A stretch of DNA of 64,000 nucleotides from assembly GCA_965603825.1 (NCBI GenBank), contig CBFDEM010000030.1:186001-250000 (forward strand), given 5' to 3'. Within the stretch, counting starts at the first letter, position 1. Every line of letters starts with the position of its first letter. Positions 48,217 to 58,627 of the stretch are shown here, one piece after another. The stretch is from Blepharisma stoltei ATCC 30299. Its lineage: Eukaryota > Protista > Ciliophora. The position numbers were made by a program, and so were the translations under genes. Under the pieces are notes generated by a model. The model made no database searches. It saw only the letters and a list, made by a program, of their open reading frames with translations, and was not told the origin of the DNA.

Positions 48217-49362
48217 ATGGAACCAAATGATTATGATGTTTTAACACCCATAGAGAATTTGACTATCACAAGTCTAAAGCTTTTAGGATATGATGAGTTT
48301 GATATTCCTAAAGACATGAAAATTCAGCTCAGCCCAGAGCTATTTCGAAAGTAAAATAAAATTAGAGCAAACACCAAAGCGCTAGAATCAATACTCTATT
48401 TTTTGTTAACAAAGCTCACGACCCAAGACCAAATGTCATCATTCGTTTTTTGCTGGCCACCTCGAACACCTGATATGAAAAGAGAATACAAAGAATCATC
48501 ATACCGCCTTTTACTAGATTTACAAGATAGCCGCGTCATCCCAGAAAACACATTACTAGGAAAATCTGTTCTCGATATGGCCCAAGGGGAAAGAGTCTGG
48601 GTTCTTCTCAAAGCTGTCTCAGATTCTGCTTTATCGAATTCTCTAAAGCAAGAAATGAGTGTAAAACTCCCGAATTTTCCATTAGCAAATGAATATATTT
48701 TGAATCCTAATAATGCCACAAGAAGCACTGTGCTCAGAATGAAAAAGGCGATGGTAATTTTAATAAAAAAATATATGACTGAGTTCAATGCTCATGCAAG
48801 AAAGGTTTCGCTAAATCAAAATGCTTGGGTTGACCATGCAAGTAAATTAACTCTTATGCACAAAACATTAAGAAATCAGCTTGACAGCCTGAAACAGAAA
48901 AAAATAAAACAAAACCCTTCAGAACAATTGGTGGAAAAATTAGCTGCTTTAGATAGAGTTCCACAAATAGATATGATGAAGTATATATGAAAAAACATTT
49001 CAGATATAGATAGTAAGAGCAGTGAAAGGAAAGGAATATATGCTGTTTCCAGACTTAGTGATCCAAAATATGAAAAAAAAGTGTTAGAAATTAAAAATAG
49101 TGGAAAAATAAAGGTAGAAAACATAATCAAAACGTGGGGAGGTGAATTACAAGCTGCAGCTGAACAACTAGCCTCTCAAAACTCTGATGAAAACGCACAA
49201 GGCTTAAAACCTTTTATTACTCAAATTTCAAAACTATTAGAGCACAAGCAGGCCCATCTAGCAAAATTAAACGAGCTTAAAGGCACAAATTTACAAATTG
49301 AAAGCGAAATTGAGCGTATGAAAAAATCAATCTCTTCTTACAAGTCCAATCTTTATTTGTAA
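48217..49362 (+). CDS. HAUS6 (augmin subunit 6) N-terminal domain protein; one 15-nt intron
   Basis: LKLLGY..LFRKANTKALESILYFLL..FCWP matches the HAUS6-N pattern; intron 48351-48365; TGA 48988=Trp. Confidence 0.72.
48351..48365 (+). other. 15-nt intron (GTAAAATAAAATTAG)
   Basis: GT..AG; removes an in-frame TAA and restores the conserved F-R-K-A-N. Confidence 0.83.
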
Positions 49363-49374
49363 ATTTTAAAATAA

Positions 49375-50427
49375 TTAGGTAAAGATTTCTGCAAGTAAGA
49401 AAGCTGCGGATAATAATAAATTTGTTGAGCTGCCAGTCTCGAAAAATCCAAGATCTTCTGCACAAGAATCAATTGCCCCTGAGCTGTAAAGAGTCCAATA
49501 ATCATACTGGTTTTTTAATTCTATCCACAAATTGTACTGATCTCTAGATATGCTTCCACACTGATACATAATATTCACATCATCTGTCCTTCCATTTGTC
49601 CCAGCACAGTTGCTACTTGTGTATTTTAAACCTGAATATAAATTTTCAGCATGATTTCTTTCGTAATTCATATTAAACCCACAATACCCTACATCGTCGC
49701 CATTTCCACTGCAAACACAAAGCTGCTGATCTAAAATAGACCCATAAATCAGTGATTTATACTCACACATGTACCCAATTTGGCATTCAAAAGGGCTGTT
49801 AAGTTGGTATCCTTGTGACCAAACAGTTATAGCATCACAGTACCCAGTCGTTGCATAATCGCTTTTACAGAATTTTTTGTCTGAAGTTTTTGAATTATAA
49901 TCAAGGCTGAAGAGCTGGGTACAGCTTCCTTGGTTACAGCCATAACCCACATAGCAATCGATATCTGTCGAGCAAGCAGAGTTTGACTGAATTTTTGTGC
50001 AAATTCCTTGGACTGTTGAGGTAAAATCTTTGCAATAGGCTTCTGAGGTGCAATCTTCATTGGAAGAACATGTAGAACCAATAGAGCGACCTACGCATCG
50101 ATCATTTATACAGCTCCCTGTATGACAGTTAGTTGTTTTACAGCAGTAAAGTCCGGTATATATATTTCCAGTTGTGGAGGTAGAGCAAAGGTCTACTGAT
50201 GAAGACTGGGCGACACAAGAGACGTTTTGCCAGTTTTCTGAATAATCTTTAAATTGGGAGTAGCTTTCACATACATAATTTTCTGGGCATGATTTTAGTA
50301 AAACTTCGGTTGAGTAGACTTCGATACAGTTGTCACCTTCTGAGGATGAACAGAAATAGTCAATGCAAGCTACAGTATTGAGAGCAAAAGAAATAGCTGG
50401 AAAGTGAAACAGCAAGAATCCAACCAT
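49375..50427 (-). CDS. Cysteine-rich secreted/GPI-anchored surface protein
   Basis: Signal peptide, many periodic Cys residues and a hydrophobic C-terminus after GSS. Confidence 0.8.
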   Translation of the reverse strand: MVGFLLFHFPAISFALNTVACIDYFCSSSEGDNCIEVYSTEVLLKSCPENYVCESYSQFKDYSENWQNVSCVAQSSSVDLCSTSTTGNIYTGLYCCKTTNCHTGSCINDRCVGRSIGSTCSSNEDCTSEAYCKDFTSTVQGICTKIQSNSACSTDIDCYVGYGCNQGSCTQLFSLDYNSKTSDKKFCKSDYATTGYCDAITVWSQGYQLNSPFECQIGYMCEYKSLIYGSILDQQLCVCSGNGDDVGYCGFNMNYERNHAENLYSGLKYTSSNCAGTNGRTDDVNIMYQCGSISRDQYNLWIELKNQYDYWTLYSSGAIDSCAEDLGFFETGSSTNLLLSAAFLLAEIFT

Positions 50428-50486
50428 TTTAATTAAAATTTGAGGAAAAATATTAGAGAATCATCATAGATTTTTAAGCGGTTTGT

Positions 50487-51899
50487 TTAGTTAGTATGCT
50501 TAAGCATCATTTCTGTGAACTCTCCGAAATCAATGACTCCATCGCCGTTCTGATCAACTTCACTAATGATGCTTTGCCACACAGAATCATTGCAATCCTG
50601 ATTTTTCCCTAAAATTGTTTTTAACTCGTCAGCTGAAATAGTTCCATTCCCATCTAAATCAAAAGCTTTAAAAGCAGCTTCAAGTCTTTCTCTTGATAAG
50701 AGTTGGCTTTTTTGAATTGTTGCGGCTATAAACTCTGAATAATCAATTTCTCCAGATTGATTAGTATCTACTTGCTGCATAATTCTATCCACCTCAGCTT
50801 CTACATCTTCTGTTGTATCTCCAAATAGTCTTTGGTAGCCTTCAATAAGCTCACTTCTTGACAAAGTTCCACTATTATCACTATCCAGCGATTTAAAAAC
50901 TTCAATCATTTCTTCTTTTTCTCTTTTGGTTGAAAGTTGAGAAGCAATAAAGGTATATGCTGCTTTTTCAAGCAATCTTTCAGCTCTAAAACTTTGGAGA
51001 TTGGAAAAGATCGATCTTGCCACTTCTGAATTTATTGGCTCTCTGTTTGCATTAGAAAACCAAGGATGCTCCAATGCTTCTCTCGCTGAAAGTCTTTTAT
51101 CTACTTCAACCGTAAGCAACTTGGTGATTAAGTCTTTAGCTTCAGCACTAATAGAGTCCCAGTCTGGGGATGGAAAAGTGTATTCTCCTTTTAAGATTTT
51201 CTGCTCATACGTTTCGCTACCTCTGCTACTTTCTCTAAACGGAGGACTGCCTGTTAAAAGTATATAAAGGATCACTCCAGCGCTCCATAAATCGCTTTTT
51301 TCATTATAGTTTCTATTTATAACTTCTGGAGCAATGTAGTAAGACTTCGCAACTCCTTCAAATAATGTGTCACCATGATTTAAAAATCTTGCTGACTCAA
51401 AACCGACCAGCTTTAAAAACGCATCCTGATCTGAAGTGTCTAAAAGCAATTTTTCAGGTCTAAGCTGCCTATGAACAACACCTCTTTCATGACAATGCGC
51501 CAGTGCAGATAGCAGTTGTATCATATAGCCTGCAGCAACTGCTTCAGAAAAATGACTAGAGCTTATAATCTTTTCATATAGTTCTCCACCTGTGCAAAGT
51601 TCTGTGATTAGATTATAATTCTTGTCACCTTGGTAGCACTCATAGATTCTGATTATATTTGGATGATCAAGGGCTCGCAAGATAGAGACTTCATTTAAGC
51701 AAGCAGAAATTTCTTCATTTGCCATTCTACTCCTAGGAAGGATTTTTACAGCTCTTTTTAGACCTGTTGCTTTATGAGTGCACAATCTTACACTCGAATA
51801 ATCTCCTCTTCCTAGGAGACTTCCTAATGTGTAGTTATCTGTGATCTTCCCATTTTGCTCAACTACAAAGTCTCCTTGTGCAATTCTCAACCCTTGCAT
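50487..51899 (-). CDS. CDPK-like pseudokinase with four intact EF-hands, 470 aa
   Basis: CDPK architecture, but GRGDYS, HRQLRPEK (for HRDLKPEN) and VGFES (for IDFG). Confidence 0.85.
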   Translation of the reverse strand: MQGLRIAQGDFVVEQNGKITDNYTLGSLLGRGDYSSVRLCTHKATGLKRAVKILPRSRMANEEISACLNEVSILRALDHPNIIRIYECYQGDKNYNLITELCTGGELYEKIISSSHFSEAVAAGYMIQLLSALAHCHERGVVHRQLRPEKLLLDTSDQDAFLKLVGFESARFLNHGDTLFEGVAKSYYIAPEVINRNYNEKSDLWSAGVILYILLTGSPPFRESSRGSETYEQKILKGEYTFPSPDWDSISAEAKDLITKLLTVEVDKRLSAREALEHPWFSNANREPINSEVARSIFSNLQSFRAERLLEKAAYTFIASQLSTKREKEEMIEVFKSLDSDNSGTLSRSELIEGYQRLFGDTTEDVEAEVDRIMQQVDTNQSGEIDYSEFIAATIQKSQLLSRERLEAAFKAFDLDGNGTISADELKTILGKNQDCNDSVWQSIISEVDQNGDGVIDFGEFTEMMLKHTN

Positions 51900-51966
51900 A
51901 TTTATTTTTTATTGCTAATATTACGATTTTTTAACACAAATTTTATTAAAGAAATGATTAATGATT

Positions 51967-54081
51967 TTAGTCGACTTCATCCATATTCGAAGCTGGCCCT
52001 TCAAGTGGTGGTAAATCTTCTTCAACGGCGGCGGCTTCTTCTCCTTCTTCATCTTCAATGCTTAATCCTAGCTTGATCATTCTGTGAATTCTGTTAGAAA
52101 ATACATTTGGCTCTTCAAGGCTGAATCCAGATGTCAAAAGTGAGGTCTCATAAAGTAACCATATGAGATCTTTGACAGTTTTATCTGACTTGTCCTCGTC
52201 ACTTTTAGCCTTAAGCTTAACGACAATAGGGTGTTTTGGATTGATTTCCATGGTCTTCTTTGATTGCATGTAAGCACTGGTGGAAGAGTCTCTGAGAGCT
52301 TGAGCTTTCATGATTCTTTCCATATTAGCGGTCCAGCCGTATTCTCCAGTGACCAAAACACATGGAGAGTCAGAAATTCTGCTGCCGACCATGACTTTTT
52401 CGACCTTATCGCCTAAGACATCTTTGATGAGCTTGCAGAGGCCTTCAAATTGGGCTTTGGATTCTTCGAAAGCTTTCTTTTCTTCTTCAGATTGGTCGAG
52501 ATCGAGACCTTCTTTGGTGATGCTCTTAAGTTTCTTTCCATCGAATTCTTTGAGTTGTTGGACTGCGTATTCATCAATAGGGTCAACCATATAGATGACT
52601 TCATAGTTCTTCTTCTTAAGTGCTTCAATGAAAGGAGAGTTTGCAACTGACTGTCTTGATTCTCCAGTGATATAGTAAATATCTTTTTGTCCTTCCTTCA
52701 TTCTGGAAACGTATTCTTTTAAGGAAATCATATCGTCGCCAGACTTGCTTGTGTGATATCTCAGCAGCTCAGCGATTTTAACTCTGTTTGTAGTGTCTTC
52801 GTGGATGCCGAGTTTAAGATTCTTTGAGAACTGCTCGTAGAACTTCTTGTAGTCTTCCTCATTAGCTGCAATTTCGTTGAAAAGTTCAAGGCATTTTTTG
52901 ACCAAAGTCTTCTTGATGACTGACAAAATTTTGTTTTGCTGGAGAGTTTCTCTGGAGATGTTGAGAGGTAAATCTTCAGAATCAACTACACCTTTAATGA
53001 AAGATAAGAATTCTGGGATCAGCTCGTCACAATCGTCCATGATAAAAACTCTTCTGACGTAGAGCTTGATGTTATTTCTCTTTTTCTTGGTTTCGAACTG
53101 GTCGAATGGAGCTCTTTTTGGTACAAATAGCAAAGCCTTGAATTCAAGCTGTCCTTCAACAGTGAAATGCTTGACGGCAAGGTGGTCTTCCCAATCGTTG
53201 GTTAAAGATTTGTAAAAAGCGCCGTACTCTTCTTTTGTGATGGATTCTGGAGCTCTCATCCAAAGTGGCTTGGTTTTGTTGACTTGTTCATATTCGTGAG
53301 AGACTTCTTTTATTTTTTTGGTTTTTTTCTTTTTCTTCTCTTTTTCTTCCTCTTCAGTGACTTCTTCGATTTTAGGCTTATCTCCTTCTTCCTTTTTGTC
53401 TTCTTCTTCGTCTTCACTGTCAGTGATTTCTTTTTCATTAGTTTTTTCGACATAAAGTTCAATAGGGAAATCAATGAATTGTGAATGTTTCTTAACGAGC
53501 TCTTTAAGCTTCTTTTCTTCTAAGAATTCCAATTGGTCTTCTTTGAGAGTGAGAATGACCTTGGTTCCTCTGATGATTCTTTCAGAGTTTGGATTTTCGT
53601 CAAGAGCCACGTTGAAAGTGCCCCCAGCTGTGGATTCCCACACATACTGCTGGTCATCATTATTTTTACTAATAACAGTGACCTTGTCAGCAACGAGGAA
53701 AGCTGAGTAAAAACCGACACCGAACTGTCCAATCATGCTGATATCAGCACCTGAGCTTAAAGCCTCCATAAAAGCCTTTGTGCCAGACTTGGCAATGGTT
53801 CCTAAGTTCTTGACCATTTCTTCTTTGGTCATCCCAATGCCAGAATCAATGATGGTGAGTGTGTTGTTGGTTTTGTCTGGAATAACTTTGATGTTGAGGT
53901 TGCTTTCTGTAGATAAGACTTCATGGTTTGTAAGTGACATGAATCTGATCTTGTCTAAGGCATCTGAACAGTTGGAAATGAGCTCTCTCAAGAACACTTC
54001 CTTGTTTGAATAGAAAGTATTGATGATCAAGGACATCAACTGTTGGATATCCGCATTGAAAGCGTAGGTCTCGGTCGACAT
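51967..54081 (-). CDS. HSP90: Cytosolic heat shock protein 90
   Basis: [40 protein letters not shown] and C-terminal MDEVD. Confidence 0.97.
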   Translation of the reverse strand: MSTETYAFNADIQQLMSLIINTFYSNKEVFLRELISNCSDALDKIRFMSLTNHEVLSTESNLNIKVIPDKTNNTLTIIDSGIGMTKEEMVKNLGTIAKSGTKAFMEALSSGADISMIGQFGVGFYSAFLVADKVTVISKNNDDQQYVWESTAGGTFNVALDENPNSERIIRGTKVILTLKEDQLEFLEEKKLKELVKKHSQFIDFPIELYVEKTNEKEITDSEDEEEDKKEEGDKPKIEEVTEEEEKEKKKKKTKKIKEVSHEYEQVNKTKPLWMRAPESITKEEYGAFYKSLTNDWEDHLAVKHFTVEGQLEFKALLFVPKRAPFDQFETKKKRNNIKLYVRRVFIMDDCDELIPEFLSFIKGVVDSEDLPLNISRETLQQNKILSVIKKTLVKKCLELFNEIAANEEDYKKFYEQFSKNLKLGIHEDTTNRVKIAELLRYHTSKSGDDMISLKEYVSRMKEGQKDIYYITGESRQSVANSPFIEALKKKNYEVIYMVDPIDEYAVQQLKEFDGKKLKSITKEGLDLDQSEEEKKAFEESKAQFEGLCKLIKDVLGDKVEKVMVGSRISDSPCVLVTGEYGWTANMERIMKAQALRDSSTSAYMQSKKTMEINPKHPIVVKLKAKSDEDKSDKTVKDLIWLLYETSLLTSGFSLEEPNVFSNRIHRMIKLGLSIEDEEGEEAAAVEEDLPPLEGPASNMDEVD

Positions 54082-54123
54082 TATATTACCGATTCGCAAT
54101 AGCCTTTAGTCTAAATACTTAAA

Positions 54124-54138
54124 AGAAGGTTCTAGAAA
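54124..54138. promoter_or_regulatory. Heat shock element aGAAggTTCtaGAAa
   Basis: Perfect nGAAnnTTCnnGAAn about 43-57 nt upstream of the HSP90 ATG. Confidence 0.8.
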
Positions 54139-55191
54139 TGGAGGAATTGTGATGCAGGTGAGTCTAGATTTTAAGCGATTTTCCGAAGATTATTAAATAA
54201 GTAATTATATGAAAAAAGTATTGGGGAAGAAGGGGAAAGTGAGCTATTTATAATTTTTCTCAGAACAAGAGAAGAAAATGAGAAGCTCTAAAAATTTTGT
54301 TGAAAAGTTTAAAAGATGAAAGAGTGAGCTTAATAAAAATTTTGTCAGATTACAATGTGAAGAAATTTGAAGGAATTATGTTTGAGCATGCTAAAGTTAT
54401 AGGAAAGAGTTTATGAAAGAGATAAATAGATTGAGGGGTTGATAGAATAGAGAAGACATTATTTTTCAATTTTGAAGAGAGATAAGAAAATAATAAAATA
54501 TTAGAAGTGATGTGCCTGGAATTTTAAGAATGACGCTGATGATCAGTTAAAATGCTGCTAATTTCACTCATTATTCAGATAATTTTGAGATTGATTAGAA
54601 TGAATTTCTTTAGCTATCTGTTGATTTAGAATTGTTATTCAATGAATAGAATTTTCAGTCAAGCATAATTTTTTATTGATTGCTAAAATTGGTGTGCATT
54701 ATTTTTAATCGTCACGATCTGTTTTTATTTTTGGGAGGGTTTAAAGCCTTATAAAAATATTTATATTTCATAAATAAGCAAAGCAAACATATTTTAAAGT
54801 AGAATGCTTGCTGATACTCTAATTTAATCAAGATATTATCATAAAAAACAAATTTATGAAAGAAAACTAACTTTTAATAGTTATTCAACTATGATAATTA
54901 AAACATTAAAATTATTTGCGTTTCAAAAGCTCTAAATGCCATAATTTTCTATTTTACATTTTTAAAATAAATTAAAAAATACTTAATAAATTTGAAATTT
55001 ACAATACTTACATAAAGTTATATCGGGATCAATTAATTTGATTTTTTTGCATTCTTTAGCTAGTAAACATCCTGCAAAATTAGTATAATTGTAGATGAAT
55101 TAATTAATCGGAAATTTGAATAGGCACATCAAAATTATTTCATATTGATTTCCTTAAACAAATTTCTTAATTAAATTTCCTTATATAAAAT

Positions 55192-55746
55192 ATGAGCGCA
55201 GAAAAGCCAGGAGCATACCCACCTTCTTATCAGCCTGGTCCCCAAGACCCAAATCAGCCAGGCTTTTATCCTATGGGACAGGCTCCATATCAATCTGGAA
55301 TGCAGCCACAGTATCAAAGTTATCAAGCTCAACCTGGAGCGCAGCCATATCAAAATTATCAAAACCAAGCCCAACCTTATCCAGGAAGTCAACCTTATCC
55401 TTATCCTAATCAGCCATACCCCGGTAGCCAACCTTACCCAGGACAACCAGTTTATGCTTCAGCACCTAATGTTCAGCCAGTGGCCGCAGCTGTTATTATC
55501 GAATCACGGGTGCCTACTTTTATATATGGTTTCGACCCAATACAGGTTACTTGCCCATACTGCCATCAAACTGCTCTAACTAAAACTGAGAGAAGCCCAG
55601 GAATGATGGTTTGGCTGATGTGCTTTATCCTCTTTTGCCTATTTCCTTTTTGCTCGTGCCTTCCTTTTTGTATTCCAAGCTTATTTGACGTAACTCACCA
55701 TTGTGGGCATTGTTCTAAAAGATTAGGAGAGAGAAGGGCACTTTAA
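55192..55746 (+). CDS. LITAF-domain protein with P/Q/Y-rich N-terminus
   Basis: PIQVTCPYC..hydrophobic..CLPFC..DVTHHCGHC, preceded by QPY repeats. Confidence 0.9.
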   Translation: MSAEKPGAYPPSYQPGPQDPNQPGFYPMGQAPYQSGMQPQYQSYQAQPGAQPYQNYQNQAQPYPGSQPYPYPNQPYPGSQPYPGQPVYASAPNVQPVAAAVIIESRVPTFIYGFDPIQVTCPYCHQTALTKTERSPGMMVWLMCFILFCLFPFCSCLPFCIPSLFDVTHHCGHCSKRLGERRAL

Positions 55747-57210
55747 GATTATCATGCTAATAAGTTAGTTAAATTATATTTTATGTAACTGTTGTGAAAA
55801 ATTGCTACAGTTTGTGGAGGATTAAGGATTAAGTATCAGATTGATCACATTTGACTACCAAGCAACTTACAGTTTTTGTCTCGGAACTTGGAATTATCGA
55901 TCATTTTGCTGAGGCATCAGGATGCTTGCATTAATAGAATTTCTATCGGCAATCTGAGCAATTAAGTTTTAGAAACGATTATTTTTGATAATTTTACATA
56001 ATAGCTTGGTATATTTTGCTTATAGAGATATGCTATGAAATGGAAAGGAATCGTAATTGGCAAAATATCCATATCGATGCATCAATGATTCATGCAATGA
56101 GCAAAATAAATAAGATATAAATTGGGCATGAAGTGCAGTATTAAAGAAACTGAAACGTTTAGTTTTTTTTAAGTCTTATGAAAATAGGACTTCATATTTA
56201 ATTGAAGCAAGCTATCCATTTTATTTGAGAATAAGTTACCTTCAGTCTCAGAGTTATGAAAATTTAAAATTGATTTTATGGCTATATGCTCTTTTCTATT
56301 ATGATTTAAGAATCTTTGGCTGTTGCTGATTTAATTTAATGCAATTTAAGTCACAGTGCAATAATTGCTTTATTGATTTAAATAAAGCTTTAAAAAGCTA
56401 ATTTGTATGATTAATTTCTAGGTTATTATCAAGCTAATTCTGATTTTAAGATATTTGATATATTTTCATTATAATTAATTATAGTAAAATAATCCATTAG
56501 CAATTGTATTCTAAAATTCTATATCAATTACGCAGTCATTTGCAATTAACGAGGTTGCAAGTGATTTGCTCCAGTATACTCATATTGAAGAAAAGAACGA
56601 TGTGAACAGTCAATTTTAGAATCCACAAACCTCATTGATATAAATGAAGGGCTCAAAGCAATTGAAGAATCTTACATATTTATTTGATATCCTTTTAAAA
56701 ACATGATTAATTATTTTATTTCAATAATCAAAATTAAATTTTGTTATATTCCAATATATTCTCAGTAGATATTCGCTTTTCGATTTATAGAAATTTGTTA
56801 AAATGCAAATTCTATTTCGATTTATCATTATTATTTCCTTCACTCATTTATTTAGCGCTTTCACAATAATAGAAAATGTGCTTTTCTAAACCAAAATTCA
56901 TTTGTATTTAAATTTGACTGCAGATTTCAGAAAATTTAAAAATTCAGTACATTTTATCGATATTCTATAAATTTTCAGTACTTCTGCTAAATTTCAAATT
57001 ATCAAATCTGATTATCTGTGCTCATTGAAATATTTCATAATTTCATAAACAAAATCTTTTAGGCTGGAAATTTGCCTACTATGCTTAGCCAAATGCATCA
57101 CTCACTATTCATCTCTTATGTCTTCAGTCTCTGATGGTTGTCCTTCACCACACTCTTCAAAAATTTTCTTATTTAAAATATAAATAAACCAATAGCTTTT
57201 AATTCAGGAA

Positions 57211-58617
57211 ATGGGAAGTCTTTGTAATAAAACTTATATAGAACGCCCGCAGATAAACAGAAGGTCTGCTAAACGGCACACCTCTATCCTAAGCATAAAA
57301 TCCATGTATAACTCCGGCAAAGTTTTAGGCACGGGGACTTTTGGAATAGTCAGAGTCGGTTGACCAAAATCCAACCCACATCATAAAGTAGCAATAAAAT
57401 CTATAGACAAAGGACTCGTAAAAAACTTCGAAGTACTGCGAACTGAAGTCGAAATTTTGGTCGGACTTGACCACCCGAACATTATCAGACTTTATGAAAG
57501 CTACGAAGATGATCGATATTTTCACATTGTTATGGAATTATGCGAAGGCGGTGAACTCTGAGACAGCCTCTTAAATAAAGGACACTACAAAGAAAAAGAT
57601 GCAGCTGAATTAATGATAAAAATACTTAGAGCAGTCAATCACTTACACAAAATTAATATATGCCACAGAGATTTAAAGCCAGAAAATTTTATGTTTGATA
57701 GCAAGGATCATGATGCTGAACTAAAATTAATTGATTTTGGATTATCACAGAAGTTTGGCAGCAATTCGAAAAGCATGACATCAATTGTTGGAACTCCATA
57801 TTATGTGGCTCCAGAGGTATTGAAAGGTTCGTATGGATTTATGTGTGATATGTGAAGTGTGGGGGTAATCATGTTTATGCTGCTGTGTGGGGATCATCCG
57901 TTTGTAGGAAAAGACAAGGAGGAGCTGTATTCTCACATTTTGCAAGGGAGCTATGAATTCAAATCTGTTCACTGAAGAGGTGTGAGCAGTCAAGCTAAAG
58001 ATTTGATAAGAAAAATGCTAGCTTTGGAGCCAAAAAATAGAATAACTGCTGAAGAAGCTTTATGCCATCCATGATTTGGCTTTACAGAAACCAACGAAAT
58101 TCACGTGAGTCCTGGAATAATTGCATCACTAAAACATTTCAAGCTTTCAAGCAGTTTCCAAAAAGAAGTATTAGCATATTTTGTTAATGAATTAAATCAT
58201 GACCAAATAAAAGATTTAAAAGAAGCTTTTAACAGCTTGGATACACATAAAAATGGATTTATTACTTTATCAGATTTTATCACAGTAATCGCTAATTCTG
58301 AAGAACACCCCAAAACAAGAGAAATTGAAGCATTATTTTGAAATTTAGACTACAATAAAGACGGAAGAATAAATTATTCCGAATTTTTGGCTGCGACGCT
58401 GGAATCAAAACACATCATTAATGAAGAAAAATTATGGTCAGCTTTTCGGCACTTTGACCCAAATAATACAGGAAAAATCACAGCAATTTCCTTAAAAAGT
58501 GCATTGAGGAGAGCTGGAAAAGTAAATGTGGATGCAGATGAACTTATAAGAGAGGTTGATTATGATAAAGACGGAGGCGTCAATTTTGAAGAATTTAGAA
58601 AAATAGTCCAAGGATAA
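57211..58617 (+). CDS. Calcium-dependent protein kinase, 468 aa (six TGA-Trp codons)
   Basis: [34 protein letters not shown] and EF-hands. TGA is in frame at 57361, 57559, 57853, 57973, 58072 and 58339. Confidence 0.9.
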
Positions 58618-58627
58618 TTATAAAAAT

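Noticed and set aside
54209-54430. Purine-rich stretch divergent from HSP90 that could encode about 65 aa with a 25-nt intron
   Set aside because: Atypical intron and no recognisable motif; with only two stop codons, purine-rich DNA gives long open frames by chance.
55790-56700. Short open frames in the long LITAF-CDPK spacer
   Set aside because: No ATG-led ORF of convincing length or homology.
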